Of a stretch of 64,000 nucleotides of DNA, positions 18,799 through 30,400 are shown piece by piece. The stretch's first letter is position 1; every line of letters starts with the position of its first letter. A program made the position numbers and the translations under genes. This DNA is from Verrucomicrobiota bacterium (GTDB taxonomy: Bacteria; Verrucomicrobiota; Verrucomicrobiia; Opitutales; Cerasicoccaceae). The stretch spans positions 94,940 to 158,939 of the forward strand of contig JBCBUK010000010.1 of assembly GCA_039818205.1 (NCBI GenBank), read 5' to 3'. Below the pieces are notes generated by a model. That model did not search any database, was not told the DNA's origin, and saw only the letters and a list, made by a program, of their open reading frames with translations.

Positions 18799-19746
18799 TC
18801 AATGGGGTGATGCTTCGACTGTCTCCCGATGCGGATCTTTGCTGTTTTGAGCTCGGTCGGCCTCGATGATCTCAAGTATTTTATCTGGATGTAGCATCAC
18901 CGCAATGCTTTCGATATCGCCGTCGGATGGTTTGTAGACTGCCTGGGAAAGGATTCCGTAGAGGTTGTCATCTTGGTCTACGATTGGCCCACCACTCATG
19001 CCGCCGCGGGATACCATATCGATGCCGAAGGAAAATGAGCGGTTGGTTTCATCGGTCTGGGAATCCAATGCCTTTCCAGCGGAAAGGAAGGGACCATTGC
19101 CGGTTCCATCCTCAATTCCCTGGTTATTTTTTATCCGTAGAATTCCTCGATCATCTGCGCAAAGTAGGAGGGTTCCGCGGGCAGGCGGTTCGTTTGAAAT
19201 GTAGCGAAAGTAGTCATCGGTTTTTTTGTCAAATTTGACAATTGCCAGGTCGACCTGTTCGCTTGTCCATACGATTCGTCCTTCGGTATAGCGGGTATAG
19301 AAAAAACGTTTCATTTCCTCCTCGGTATACAGGATTGCGACATCACTGATACGTTGGCCCCGCTGATCTTCGGGCGTTGCGTAAAACGCCTCAGTCTTGC
19401 CCTCATCTTTGATGAACAAGGGCGTCCAGTTCGATACATGGGCAGCGGTTAGAAAGTAGCCGTCGGGAGAGATTGCAACGATCCTGCCCAAGCCGTGGAA
19501 GTTTTTCTTTGAGATGGGTTCCTCGGAATTCTTTTGTCTACCAACCAGTTCGACCCGCGCCCCGATTCGATTCCGAACTACCTTGGCTTCCTTAGGGTCG
19601 GGAATGATTTGTCGTATGTAGGCATTTTGCCGTTCACGCATCTCCGGATTGTCGAAGCGCAGTTTGTCGACTTCTTCCTGGTCGACGCAACTTGCGGTGA
19701 CAATGGCGACGAGGCAAAGGCTCCAAAATGTAAATTTAGTAACCAT
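18799..19746 (-). CDS. Trypsin-like (S1) serine protease, probable lipoprotein
   Basis: Lipobox-like VTASC after a hydrophobic stretch; LTAAH, DLAIV and GMSGGP triad motifs. Confidence 0.8.
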   Translation of the reverse strand: MVTKFTFWSLCLVAIVTASCVDQEEVDKLRFDNPEMRERQNAYIRQIIPDPKEAKVVRNRIGARVELVGRQKNSEEPISKKNFHGLGRIVAISPDGYFLTAAHVSNWTPLFIKDEGKTEAFYATPEDQRGQRISDVAILYTEEEMKRFFYTRYTEGRIVWTSEQVDLAIVKFDKKTDDYFRYISNEPPARGTLLLCADDRGILRIKNNQGIEDGTGNGPFLSAGKALDSQTDETNRSFSFGIDMVSRGGMSGGPIVDQDDNLYGILSQAVYKPSDGDIESIAVMLHPDKILEIIEADRAQNSKDPHRETVEASPH

Positions 19747-19760
19747 TGCCCGGAATTGGT

Positions 19761-20486
19761 TTACAAGAACTTGCTGATCTCGGGGAGGTGGCGCTCCCAT
19801 TGGCCGTTGGCGACTCGGACCAACCAGGGATCAGCCGGCTTGACCAGATCGACTGGTTCCTCGGGCAAATTGTCTTCGTCAAACTCGATGAGATCGACAG
19901 CTTCGATATCGTCGTCGAATGCCAAGGATACGCGGCGCGGCTGGGGCTCCAGGATGAGGGCCGGGTTGCGCACGCGACCCTTTTTCATTAGCTCAATGAG
20001 GCAAGGAAAGTGTTCCTGCTCGAAGTGCGCCCGAAAGTCGCTGAACCATTTATTGGGCACATCATTTCGACGGTTGAGTAAAACCACATCCGAAAAGTGA
20101 ATACAGGCATCATGCCAGATTTGTAATTTGGGATTGGCCTGAAGAAGACTACAATGGACGACCGTAATGATTCGGGCGAGGGTATGGCCGCTTCGCCGAA
20201 TCCACGACTGAAAATCATCGATGGCATCCAGCGGATTTCCGCGTCCCGGAGCTACAATAAAAATAACGTCGACGTCGTTCGCTTCAATACCGGCTAAGTG
20301 CTCGTAAGAAACCACCCGGTTGTTCGTGCGACCAAGAAACTGCTCGTCAGCCGAGGTGTCGGGTTCCGAAGTGTGCAACGCAATAAGTGCGTGCTCGTCT
20401 TCCTCAAGTCCGCCCTCGATCAGGTCGCGAACGGCGTCGCGCCGTCCAGCTCCTTCGGCTCCTAATAGAAAGTAGACGTCTGCCAT
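19761..20486 (-). CDS. Hypothetical protein with degenerate CobW/COG0523-like GTPase fold
   Basis: YFLLGAEGAGRR (P-loop-like), IITVVH and SDVVLLNR fall at the positions of CobW motifs but lack the catalytic residues. Confidence 0.6.
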   Translation of the reverse strand: MADVYFLLGAEGAGRRDAVRDLIEGGLEEDEHALIALHTSEPDTSADEQFLGRTNNRVVSYEHLAGIEANDVDVIFIVAPGRGNPLDAIDDFQSWIRRSGHTLARIITVVHCSLLQANPKLQIWHDACIHFSDVVLLNRRNDVPNKWFSDFRAHFEQEHFPCLIELMKKGRVRNPALILEPQPRRVSLAFDDDIEAVDLIEFDEDNLPEEPVDLVKPADPWLVRVANGQWERHLPEISKFL

Positions 20487-20537
20487 AACGGGTTCGTTGG
20501 TTGCAGGTTGGTTAGCTGTCGACGTGTGGCGCGATTC

Positions 20538-21659
20538 TTACTCAAACGAGAAGGTGTCGCATTGAGCCGTTTGTCTCATCCAGTGATCGACAATGACGAG
20601 CGCGGTCATCGCTTCGACGATTGGTACGGCACGAGGCACAACGCACGGGTCATGACGGCCGCGGCCCATGAGCTCGGTTTCCTGGCCAGATTGATCAACG
20701 GTGGCCTGGCTTTGCAAGATCGTTGCCGTCGGTTTGAAGGCGACACGGAAGTAAAGCTCTTCGCCGTTGGTGATGCCACCTTGGACCCCGCCAGAGCGGT
20801 TGGTCTCAGTATGGATTTCGCCCTCACGATTGACAAAGCGGTCGTTGTGCTCACGGCCGGTGAGGCCAACTGCGGCAAAGCCGCTGCCAACTTCAAATCC
20901 TTTCGTTGCGGGCAAGGAGAGCATGGCTTTCGCGAGGTCGGCTTCCATGCGGTCGAAGACGGGTGTACCAAGTCCGACGGGCAGGCCGCGAACGCGGCAG
21001 CAGATCACGCCGCCGACACTGTTGCCCTCGCTCCGTGCTTCCTTGATGCGGGCGATCATCTTCTCGGCCGTTTCAGGATGGGGGCAGCGAACGGCATTGG
21101 CCTCGACGTCTTCCATCGACGGAAACGGAATCCCGGGTCCGTCTAAGTCGCTCGCATTTGGTATGGAAATATTGTGAATCCGTTCAATGTAAGAGACGAT
21201 CTCGACCGGCTCGGCGGGGCCCAACCGGAGAACTTTTTTCGCAATGGCGCCAGCGGCCACGCGTCCAATTGTTTCACGCGCGGAGGAGCGTCCACCGCCT
21301 TCATGATTGCGGATTCCGTATTTGGTCTGGTAGGTGAAGTCAGCGTGGGAGGGTCGAAATTTGTCCTTCATCTCGGCATACGCCTCCGGGCGGTGGTCCG
21401 AATTTGGGACAGTGATTGCGATCGGTGTGCCCAAGGTCTTCCCGTTGTAGACACCGGAAACGATTGTCGCGATGTCGGTTTCTTTGCGCGGTGTCGTGAT
21501 GTCGCTCTGACCAGGGCGACGGCGATCGAGCTCGAGCTGGAGGTCGGCCTCGCTTAAGGGAAGGCAGGGCGGGCAGCCGTCTACAACGACGCCGATACCA
21601 CCACCATGGCTTTCGCCCCAGGTGGCAATGCGGAAGAGGTTACCAAATACGTTGCCCAT
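20538..21659 (-). CDS. aroC: Chorismate synthase
   Basis: [49 protein letters not shown] signatures. Confidence 0.98.
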   Translation of the reverse strand: MGNVFGNLFRIATWGESHGGGIGVVVDGCPPCLPLSEADLQLELDRRRPGQSDITTPRKETDIATIVSGVYNGKTLGTPIAITVPNSDHRPEAYAEMKDKFRPSHADFTYQTKYGIRNHEGGGRSSARETIGRVAAGAIAKKVLRLGPAEPVEIVSYIERIHNISIPNASDLDGPGIPFPSMEDVEANAVRCPHPETAEKMIARIKEARSEGNSVGGVICCRVRGLPVGLGTPVFDRMEADLAKAMLSLPATKGFEVGSGFAAVGLTGREHNDRFVNREGEIHTETNRSGGVQGGITNGEELYFRVAFKPTATILQSQATVDQSGQETELMGRGRHDPCVVPRAVPIVEAMTALVIVDHWMRQTAQCDTFSFE

Positions 21660-21661
21660 GA

Positions 21662-21805
21662 TTAATCGATCACCTTGGCTTCGTCCGCATCCGGATCATT
21701 TTTAAATTCCATACCGAAACCGTCATCAACGGAGGTCGTTGTGGATTCGCACCCACCGAACAGGCCGGCGAGTGCGACAAAAAGAAATAGTGCCAATGGC
21801 TTCAT
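21662..21805 (-). CDS. 47-aa small lipoprotein (not in the ORF track)
   Basis: [47 protein letters not shown]; basic start, hydrophobic core, lipobox; stop lies 2 nt before the aroC ATG. Confidence 0.7.
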   Translation of the reverse strand: MKPLALFLFVALAGLFGGCESTTTSVDDGFGMEFKNDPDADEAKVID

Positions 21806-21844
21806 CGGCCAATTGGAAGCAAGAATTCTCGAGCGATCAAGCGC

Positions 21845-22267
21845 TTATTGTCCGGAAGCCGACTTCGATGCGCTGGACAGCTGATCGTGGTCGATGCCGT
21901 CCTTTGAGACGTATGGCGTCGTCAGTCTGCCTTCTGAGTCAAACTTGTAGTCTCCACAGGTCATGGGTTCGCTGTCCGGGGTTACGCGGCCGTCAGCCAT
22001 GGCATAGGTAGGATACCAGACTTCGCCGGGGTTCAGACCCATATCGCGCTGGACATAATCGTGGAACGTAACGTTCGACTCCAACCAGCTTTGATTTGCA
22101 TGGTACATGCTGGTTTGGGCTTTGATTGACTCCGTAGTTACGTTTTCTTCCCAGTCCTGAACAACGTTCTCATCGGGTTGGATAACCATCTTGTTGTTCA
22201 TGGAGCAACCAGCAGCGAGTATACCGATTGCGGAAATAGCGGTGAGGGATTTCAGTTTAGCGTGCAT
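21845..22267 (-). CDS. Hypothetical lipoprotein
   Basis: MHAKLK...ILAAGC lipobox. Confidence 0.7.
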   Translation of the reverse strand: MHAKLKSLTAISAIGILAAGCSMNNKMVIQPDENVVQDWEENVTTESIKAQTSMYHANQSWLESNVTFHDYVQRDMGLNPGEVWYPTYAMADGRVTPDSEPMTCGDYKFDSEGRLTTPYVSKDGIDHDQLSSASKSASGQ

Positions 22268-22497
22268 AATAGGATAGTAATTAAGACTTTTGCAGCGCTA
22301 AGCGCAAGGACAATCCTGTGGGTTAAACAATTCCTGTTATAGTCTGTAACCCCTTATCCCAGAGGGCTTTTGGATTTAGAAAAATAGCTTTTTTTTTACC
22401 TCTAGCAGTGCCGTCCGATGCCTGATTGGTGTGATTCTAGGCAATCAAGTTGAGAAAAGTATTGAAAAGCAGGATTTTATGGACTGCCCTGATCTCC

Positions 22498-22593
22498 GGC
22501 CGGGTCCTGTGCAACGTCGAACCGGTGAACTCCCCCAGGTCCGGAAGGAAGCAAGGGCAACCAGGATTCACGTGTGCCGCAGGGTGCCTGGCC
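22498..22593 (+). ncRNA. ffs: Signal recognition particle 4.5S RNA
   Basis: Helix-8 signature CAGGTCCGGAAGGAAGCA inside a long hairpin closed by ggccggg...cctggcc. Confidence 0.92.
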
Positions 22594-22638
22594 ACTATTT
22601 TACATTTCCGCATCATTGCTGCTGAGGCTGCGCGTGTC

Positions 22639-24339
22639 ATGAACATCCAAATTGTTATCATCGGGTCCGAATCATGGGCCGCCAGCCTGGTCCGTTGCTG
22701 GCAGTTTTTCCATATTCGCGAGGGCAGGCGGAAACACGAAACAGCACTTACGATTGAATTTAATCCGCTGCGCGCGTTCTTTTTCGCGACGATTGGAGGC
22801 GTGTTTTTTTATCTGCTGGGAGCTGTTTGCCTCTTTGTCTGGAGAAATCAGGTGCCTCACAATCACATCGGTTTTCAGGATATCTTGTTAGCGCCGATTA
22901 CGATGGACCGGATTCATCGGCTTCAAGGGATGACGAATCTGGACCAAGCCCGAGAGGATTTGAAAAATGGCCAGGTCATGGATGCCTTTTATAAGTATCG
23001 TGCTGGGGTTTCGAGGGTACCAGATGATATGGAGGCCCGTTTTGAGTTGGCGCAGTTTTATATTGGAGCCGGCTTGATTCCGGATGCGATCAATTTGTTG
23101 ATTGGTGGTCTTAAGCACGGTTTTCCGTCAGATCCGCGATACCTACAGATGCTCTTCGCGCTGACTCAGGCGACTGAAGATTATCCTTCGCTGACCCGTG
23201 CACTGCCGATCTTGCTCGATTATCCCGAGATCGAGGATAAAGCGGCAATGCGTGTGGTCATTCTGCAGTTACTTTTGAAATCTCAGCTTGTCCAACAGGA
23301 CTATGCCGGTGTCATCGATACGTCGGAGGCTTTGAATGCGGAGGGGCTCGATAAGACATTTTACGATACCGCATTGTTCGCGCTGTTAAAAATGGGAGCG
23401 TACGAGGAAGCAGAAAGCTACTATGCAAGTCTGTCTGATGCGGAAAAGGCTGATGCCGATATCCATTTGCTGCATGGTATTCTCCACTATTCCCAGGATA
23501 AACGGGCGGAAGGCCGGCGCTTGTTCAATGCATTATTCCGGGACTATCCAGCAGCCTGGCGAAACCATATGGACGCGATCCTCTACCTCTATGACGAGGA
23601 AGATAATGGATCAGCCGATGCGCTTTTGAATCTCTACATGGCGATTCATCGGCGCAATGGTTCCGCGCTCACGTCCATTGCCGCGCGATTTACGGATTTA
23701 CCGGATCCAGTGAAAACCAAGCGCATTTTGGACGTGGTTAGTCGGGACACCCCACAGCTTATGGGCCCCATGTGGTTCTACTATATTCAGGCGCTGTTGA
23801 CTAATGGTGATTTCGAGGAGGCCAAAACGCAAATTGACTACATGGCTCCAGGAGCACCTAAAGAGGGCACAGGCGCGCTAACCTTTCAGGCCTATCAGCT
23901 GATTATTAACGCAGCGGCGGCCCGCAGCCAGGGTGAATACACCGAGCTGGTTAATTTCTTGGATGAGAAGCGCATGAACTCCGAGGTTTATTGGGAAGCG
24001 GCCGAAGCCATGCGTAAGATCGGTGCGATGGCGACCGCGGAAGTCATCTTGAACACTGGCTTGAATCATTTTCCCCACAATCGCTACCTTTCGGAATTGC
24101 GCACTGCTGTCCAACAGCAAGAGGCCGAGGCGGAAACGCGTCAGCAGATGCTTCTTTCCGACATCCAGACGACAAAGAAGACAACCGAGCGTAAGCTTGC
24201 AACGGAGGCCATAGCGGACCGTTTGGTTGGCCATCAGCCAGCCGTTGCTCCTCCCGAGTCGTTGATCGGTGATGAGAAGCTGCAGAATATTTCGATCTCG
24301 GCCGAGGATCTGAACAAGACGCCGGAGACGCCCGATTAA
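22639..24339 (+). CDS. Membrane-anchored TPR-like helical repeat protein
   Basis: One N-terminal TM segment, then TPR-like A/L/Y helical patterns; ATG 22639 chosen because the longer ORF overlaps the SRP RNA. Confidence 0.65.
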   Translation: MNIQIVIIGSESWAASLVRCWQFFHIREGRRKHETALTIEFNPLRAFFFATIGGVFFYLLGAVCLFVWRNQVPHNHIGFQDILLAPITMDRIHRLQGMTNLDQAREDLKNGQVMDAFYKYRAGVSRVPDDMEARFELAQFYIGAGLIPDAINLLIGGLKHGFPSDPRYLQMLFALTQATEDYPSLTRALPILLDYPEIEDKAAMRVVILQLLLKSQLVQQDYAGVIDTSEALNAEGLDKTFYDTALFALLKMGAYEEAESYYASLSDAEKADADIHLLHGILHYSQDKRAEGRRLFNALFRDYPAAWRNHMDAILYLYDEEDNGSADALLNLYMAIHRRNGSALTSIAARFTDLPDPVKTKRILDVVSRDTPQLMGPMWFYYIQALLTNGDFEEAKTQIDYMAPGAPKEGTGALTFQAYQLIINAAAARSQGEYTELVNFLDEKRMNSEVYWEAAEAMRKIGAMATAEVILNTGLNHFPHNRYLSELRTAVQQQEAEAETRQQMLLSDIQTTKKTTERKLATEAIADRLVGHQPAVAPPESLIGDEKLQNISISAEDLNKTPETPD

Positions 24340-24414
24340 GCCGCCTTTGTGAATTTTGGGTGGCTGGCCCGATTTCGCTTTATCTGCTCAAGCGCCGGAA
24401 TCATCATCTGGTTC

Positions 24415-25272
24415 ATGAAGAACAACATCGTGTTTGCGGCTACGCTTCTCTCTGTGTCGATTGGGCTAATTGCTATGAGCGAAGCTGCGGCCGAGCCAGC
24501 CGCGGCCCCAGCGACTGATATTGTCCTGCGTTCCGACGTCGAATGGGAGCAGCTAAATCCCGCGCGAGGTGACAAGAGCCCTAAGGCGGGCACGCTATGG
24601 GGCGATCGGAAAGGGACGGTAGCAACCGGTTTTTTGGTTGAGTTCGTCGACGGTTTTTCCTCACCGCCACACATCCACAATGTCACCTACCGTGGCGTGG
24701 TTATCAGCGGATTGATTCACAATGACGACCCGGATGCGAAGCCGACCTGGATGCCTCCGGGTTCGTTTTGGACCCAGCCGAAGGGCGAGGAACACATTAC
24801 CGCGGCGAAGGGCAGCACCAATGTGGCGTTTATTGAGATCGATCACGGGCCCTACCTGGTGATGCCACCAACGGATGCGTTCGACGATGGAGAGCGATCA
24901 ATCAATGTTGATCCATCCAACATGGTTTGGCTCGATTCTAGCGAACTCAAGTGGATTGATCAGTCAGCTGCATCCGGGACTGAGATTGCCTTCTTGTGGG
25001 GAGCGACTGATGCCGGGCAGATGGGTGGAAGCTTTGTCAAGCTACCGGCAGGATTCCAGGGAGACATTATTGCCAGCGGCTCATTGTTTCAGGCGGTTGT
25101 CATCGAGGGAACGCCATCGTACCACCTTTCCGCCCATGATGCCAAAGCGATGGAGCCTGGCAGCTACTTTGGCTCTAAGCAGCCAGGTTCGCATCCCTTA
25201 TCCAGTGCGCCCGACACGGATAGCCTGGTTTATGTAAGGACGAATGGTGCTTACAAGGTCGTTTCAAACTAG
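24415..25272 (+). CDS. DUF4437-family secreted cupin-fold protein
   Basis: Signal peptide; [34 protein letters not shown] motifs. Confidence 0.8.
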   Translation: MKNNIVFAATLLSVSIGLIAMSEAAAEPAAAPATDIVLRSDVEWEQLNPARGDKSPKAGTLWGDRKGTVATGFLVEFVDGFSSPPHIHNVTYRGVVISGLIHNDDPDAKPTWMPPGSFWTQPKGEEHITAAKGSTNVAFIEIDHGPYLVMPPTDAFDDGERSINVDPSNMVWLDSSELKWIDQSAASGTEIAFLWGATDAGQMGGSFVKLPAGFQGDIIASGSLFQAVVIEGTPSYHLSAHDAKAMEPGSYFGSKQPGSHPLSSAPDTDSLVYVRTNGAYKVVSN

Positions 25273-25390
25273 TCCAACTGGCAATTTTTGGGATCGGCAT
25301 TGAAGTGGACCCGCTCCTGCTGCTAGGGGTGGATTGGCCAGATTGTCACCATACGATTTGTGCTGTTAAACATAAGTAAATCAACTCGTG

Positions 25391-25408
25391 AGCGAATTCT
25401 TTCGCCTT
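25391..25408. promoter_or_regulatory. Putative BlaI-family operator, copy 1 (agcgaattctttcgcctt; core GCGAA-N4-TTCGC)
   Basis: About 40 nt upstream of the blaI-like start; exact reverse complement at 27386-27403. Confidence 0.6.
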
Positions 25409-25447
25409 GTGTGCATATTAAAATTAGATTAGAAATTTAGGTCGTTT

Positions 25448-25843
25448 ATGGGGAGAAACGCGCAGAAGCATTTAACGGAACTTGAGCTCCAGATCATGAA
25501 GGTGATCTGGCCCCAAGATGAAGTTTGCGTTGATGAAATCAAAGCGAAGCTGGCGGCTGGGGGTAAGGAGCTCGCACTTCCCAGCATCCGCACAATGTTG
25601 AACATTTTGGAGAAAAAGGGCGCGGTGAGCCGTCGTCCATCCGGTGCGGGTCGAAAGTTTTTGTATAAAGCCGAAATGGAGCAGGCGGCGGTGAACAAGG
25701 AGTTCCTCGATGACGTGGTCAATCGCGTCTTCGAAGGTTCCACGGTTGATCTCTTTGCAGCGCTTCTCGATACCCAGGACATTAAAAAGAAAGACATTGA
25801 TCAGGTAAAACGGCTTATCGACCAAATCGACCGTGGAAAGTAA
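25448..25843 (+). CDS. BlaI/MecI/CopY-family transcriptional repressor
   Basis: LTELELQIMKVIW, SIRTMLNILEKKG, NRVFEGS pattern. Confidence 0.92.
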   Translation: MGRNAQKHLTELELQIMKVIWPQDEVCVDEIKAKLAAGGKELALPSIRTMLNILEKKGAVSRRPSGAGRKFLYKAEMEQAAVNKEFLDDVVNRVFEGSTVDLFAALLDTQDIKKKDIDQVKRLIDQIDRGK

Positions 25844-25848
25844 ACCCA

Positions 25849-27354
25849 ATGCCCACTATCTCCGCCATTACTGGATTCAATGAAGCACTGTTTGGCTTAG
25901 TCATCGGTGTGTGGTGGATTACTTTTCCGGTCTTGGCATTGGCGGTGTGTGGGCGTGTGTTCTCTCTGTTGCCGTCCAGGCACAAGCGACTGCTTTGGGT
26001 TTTCTCCCTCGGTTTGCCCACGGTATTGATGAGTGCCTATTTCTTGGCGCCACAGTTATTTGCGTGGGCAAAACACGCGCCTATGGGCTGCGTCCTGCAG
26101 ATCCCATCGTTTGCGAGTGGCCTTTGGCACCTGTTAGGCTTCGTGTATTTAACGGGAGTCGCCCTGCTATTCGGCCGGATCTTGTTGGGTTGGTTTCAGC
26201 TCTGGCGATGGAGCGCTAGCGCCGAGGCAATTTCAAATCCGCGTTTGATCAATGCTTTCGCGGTTGCGAAGTCTGCCTACGATATTCGTTCGCCCTTCTA
26301 TTTGTTGGCTGGCGAATCGGTCCCGGCTCCAATTACGGTTGGTGTTCTTAACCATCGGATCTTGCTTCCCGCCAGTTTGGAACGGGAGCTCAATGATGAA
26401 GAATTGCGGGATCTTGCGTTGCATGAGGCGGCGCATATAAAGCGCGCCGATCCAGTTGTCTTTGCCGCTGCGTCGGTTATCCGTGCGGTGTTCTGGCCCA
26501 ATCCGTTGGTTTGGCTGGCAACATATGAGCTTAAGCTGGCCGCGGAAAAAGCGGCCGATGAGTCGGTGATTTCAATCACGGAGGAGGTCTCTCCGTACAC
26601 GCAATTACTGGTAAAGATGGCGGAGAGCCTGGTGCCTCGGTCTTTCGTTTCGTTGGCCGCCGGGATCAACTTGGGCAAGTCAAGTTTCCTGCTGCGGGTT
26701 GAGTCGCTATTGGGTTCAACCCTGGTGGGGAAGGGCCCCAATATCCCTTTGGTCGCCGGAGCTTGGAGCGTGTTCATTCTCTCCTTCGTGGTGCCGGTAG
26801 TCTTTCACCCGGTTTTGTCGGTCGAGGCACATACCGCCTCGCCCGAGGAAGTGGTGCAGGCGACCTACGAGTATAAGCTGCCCCCGCGTTACAATCGCAT
26901 CATCGATGAGCTGCTGCCGTTTGCAGGGGAACCGCGATCGTTGGAACTGTTGGAATTAGCCAACCCGATTCGTATTGTCGTAGCGGATCACTGGTATTCA
27001 CCCAACGAACAGAAGCTGTCATTCTTTACCTTTGAGGATGCCAACGGCAAGCGGTTGACCGCGGTGCTCGACCGGGGCCAGGAGCCTTATTCCATGCCCC
27101 AGCAGGGGGACTGGTTTCTGGTCGACGGCGAGTTTGACCGCGACCAGTTGAATCCCGTTCCATTGAACAGCGAACTCGACTATGCAGTGATGGATTTGAT
27201 GGAAGGTTGGGCCACTGCTCGGATGAGCCCACAAGCCTGGCGCAGCTTGCTTGAAGAGTGGCCGCAAGTCTCGATGGACTCGGTTGAGCTCGGGGCTTTG
27301 TTCGTGGGCGAGTCACTCGATGCCTGCCGAAACTTCCGGAGATACTACCGCTAA
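25849..27354 (+). CDS. BlaR1-like M56 metallopeptidase sensor with a non-penicillin-binding C-terminal domain
   Basis: PAPITVG...RILLP, HEAAHIKRAD (HExxH), FWPNPLVW, EKAADE; TM segments; ~175-aa unrecognised C-terminal domain. Confidence 0.88.
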   Translation: MPTISAITGFNEALFGLVIGVWWITFPVLALAVCGRVFSLLPSRHKRLLWVFSLGLPTVLMSAYFLAPQLFAWAKHAPMGCVLQIPSFASGLWHLLGFVYLTGVALLFGRILLGWFQLWRWSASAEAISNPRLINAFAVAKSAYDIRSPFYLLAGESVPAPITVGVLNHRILLPASLERELNDEELRDLALHEAAHIKRADPVVFAAASVIRAVFWPNPLVWLATYELKLAAEKAADESVISITEEVSPYTQLLVKMAESLVPRSFVSLAAGINLGKSSFLLRVESLLGSTLVGKGPNIPLVAGAWSVFILSFVVPVVFHPVLSVEAHTASPEEVVQATYEYKLPPRYNRIIDELLPFAGEPRSLELLELANPIRIVVADHWYSPNEQKLSFFTFEDANGKRLTAVLDRGQEPYSMPQQGDWFLVDGEFDRDQLNPVPLNSELDYAVMDLMEGWATARMSPQAWRSLLEEWPQVSMDSVELGALFVGESLDACRNFRRYYR

Positions 27355-27385
27355 GAATTCAATTCAATCATTCCGCTTGGACCGA

Positions 27386-27403
27386 AAGGCGAAAGAATTC
27401 GCT
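27386..27403. promoter_or_regulatory. Putative BlaI-family operator, copy 2 (aaggcgaaagaattcgct)
   Basis: About 25 nt upstream of the 1756-aa gene; exact inverted copy of 25391-25408. Confidence 0.6.
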
Positions 27404-27427
27404 AAATAATTTAATTGATCCAATCCC

Positions 27428-30400
27428 ATGAATTATAAACACCATCTCCTATCTATATTACTCGCAGGCATTGCCCTGTGTTTTGGTTTCCGGGACCTTC
27501 TGGGGCAGAATGTTCCCGTGGTGGTTCCCACCTTTCCGACCGACCAAACATTCACGCCGGGCGAGTTATTGTATCGCCACATTGGCATTGGGCGGGTGAC
27601 CAACATTGCCTACCACAACGGCATCGTATACACCCACAACGTCGGCGGCGGTGATCGCAAGTCGTGGGAGTGGAGCGATTCGGCCGACGCCTCGAGCTTA
27701 GGCCCAGTCTTGGAAGAAAGTGCGGGCGATATCATTCCCTTGTTCAACGACCACGGAAACCACGCGCATACCAAAGTTGGTGACTATCTGGGCGGCCAAT
27801 TTGATCTTAGCATTCGGCGTTCGAGTCCCGGCGTGAACGTGTGGGATACGCACCCGGAGTGGGCTGGGGTAGGTGGCCATCGCTTATATTGGCCGTGGGC
27901 ATTGTCGTTCAACTGGATTCAGTACTCCAGCGATGCCAACCAACCGACGTTTATCCGCCGATTTAGTGAGGAACTCTACGTTTGGGACTCGCTCGCTGAG
28001 CATGGCGTGACGGGGAATTATATGCTCATGGGGAACTATCTGATCGTGACCTCCGATGAGTCCCTGCTTGGCATATTGATTTATGACCTAACTCCAACCT
28101 TTGAGAACAACTCAGCGCCTGTTTTGTTGGATAAGCTTTCTGCTCCCGTGGGTGCCTACATTGCGGTACTTTGGGAAAACTATATTGTGCTGGCTCGTCG
28201 CGATACCGATCAAGTTGATATCGTCGACTGGAGTGACCCGACCAACCTGCGTTTTGTGACCTCAATCGATGTGCGTGGCGACGACAATCTGAACTCCAGC
28301 TCGAACGTTCCTTACACCCAGTGCCAAGATCAGTTCGTGTTTACTCGCCGGCATAAGATCAACATGGAGACATTCGAGCGCGTGCTGGAGTTTGATGAGG
28401 TTGGAAACAATCGCCCCACCGGGAGCGTCTCCGGTCGATTGGGCACGAGCCAGTATATGTTGCCCGTTGGGCAATTTATCATTACCGGTGGCTACAGCAC
28501 TGACGGCCAAGATGGTATTGGTCTCTGGGCCCACCAAGCGGAGCCGGACACCCGTGCTCCCTACGTTGGCTATCATATACCCCGCGATGGTCAGACGAAC
28601 TATCCGGTTCGCGCTCCAATCAGTATTTTGATCCACGAAACCTTGGAGTCGTACACGATCGTGAATGGAGAAAGTCTTATTGTTCGGCCCGTTGGTGGCA
28701 GTGCGATCGATGCCTACAATTCGTTCTCTCATGACGATGTGCTTACGATAACTCCGGAGCAGCCACTGCAAGCCGATACGACCTACGAGGTTATTATTCC
28801 GGCCGGTGGGATTAAGGATGCAGCCGGCAATGGGATCGAAGGGTATTCATTTACATTCTCAACAGGAGGTGCGCTTAGTGGTGGCAACTTGTCTCCACAG
28901 ATCGCGTCGTTCACCGCAACACCGTCTCCAACAACTCCAAACACACCGATTACTTTCTCAGCGTCGGCCACGGACCCCGAGAGCGATACCTTGGAATACC
29001 GCTTCTCGTTTTCCGATGGCTCCACGGCGACCGACTGGGGGAGTAGCTCAAGCATCGTTCATCAGTTTGCCAACGAAGGGCACTACGAGGCCAAGGTGCA
29101 GGTGCGCGACCTTAAGCCGGGTGGCGCCACCTCGGTAAGCACCGAAATTCTTTCAGTGACGATTGCTAACCCAATCGTGGGCGTCCGCCCAACCAAGTCG
29201 TCCCCGATAACGCTGGATGCGGCGAACCGCAAGGTATGGGTTGTCAACCCGGACAACGACAGCATTACGCGCTTGAATGCCGATACTCGGGCGTTTGAGG
29301 CCGAGTTTGATCTGGGTGCAGGGATTAGTGGTTCCGTCGATCCCCGTAGCATCGCTATCGATGCAAACGGAGATCTTTGGGTAGCCTGCCGCGATGCCGA
29401 TGGGATTGCGGTTATGACCAGTGGTGGTGTCTTGCTCGACTTCATTGACACGGGCTATGGTAGTGCTCCGGTGGGAGTTGCGGCGTCCGCAGACGGAAGC
29501 CGTGTGCTTGCAACCCTTGAAAGGCGCGGCACAACCGATCCCGAGAATGGTCAGCTGCTCCTTTACAACACCGCGACAGGGAGTGAGATTGATCGCCTGG
29601 AGTTGGGTCCAATGCCGCGTGCGATTGCGATTACCGGGAACGGTCAACGCGCCTTGGTGACGCGTTTCATCTCAACGGAGAACTATGGCGAAGTATGGGA
29701 TGTGGCAATTGGTGTTGGCCTGAGCCTGACTCGGACTATTCTTATTGGTCGTGACCGCGGAAGCTCGTTCAACGACAGCAGCTCCGATGGCAAAGGTGTC
29801 CCGAACTACCTAGCCGGTATCACACTCAGCCCAGACAACGAATGGGCCTGGTTCACCGCCGTAAAGGCGAACACCCAGCGCGGTGAGTTCTTCAACAGCA
29901 CCGGAGTGAACGCCAGTTTGACGCCTGACCATACCGTGCGAGCAATGGTTGGGCGCATCGACTTGAGTCTAAACCGAGAGCCAACCCCGTATACCTTGGA
30001 GCCGCATCGTGGTTCTCGAATCGATGTCGACAACAGTGACTCGCCCACGGCGGTTGCGTTTTCCGACCTCGGGGACTATGTATTCGTCACCCTGCAAGGG
30101 AACGATGGCGTCGCCGTTTATGACCGCTTCGACATCATTGCCGGAGCAGCACGCGCAACCACCTGGCGTATCCCATCGGGTGCGGCTCCGCAGGGCATCC
30201 TCCTGGATCCCGCAACGAACTGCCTGTGGATTAAGGACTTTATGGGGCGCACCGTTACCGTACACGATCTAAGCGGATTCTTCGGCAATGGTGATCGCAC
30301 CAACGCGCCGGTAACCGTTAGCACGGTTGCGAACGAAGCATTGGCCACCGACGTACTCGATGGTAAGCGGATCTTCTACAGTGCGTCAGATGAAATGAGT

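Noticed and set aside
20508..21557. Long plus-strand ORFs (212, 136 and 127 aa) opposite aroC
   Set aside because: Antisense shadows of a well-conserved gene with no recognisable motifs; the same applies to other nested antisense ORFs such as 2065..2832, 13916..14524, 41152..41961 and 43357..43992
22450..22638. N-terminal extension of the 629-aa ORF
   Set aside because: It overlaps the SRP RNA; ATG 22639 is the more plausible start
25849..27354. Beta-lactam resistance locus (bla/mec)
   Set aside because: No beta-lactamase or PBP2a gene nearby, and the sensor lacks a penicillin-binding domain
25391..27403. Insertion sequence bounded by terminal inverted repeats
   Set aside because: No transposase inside, no target-site duplication seen, and each repeat is itself palindromic and promoter-proximal, which fits an operator better
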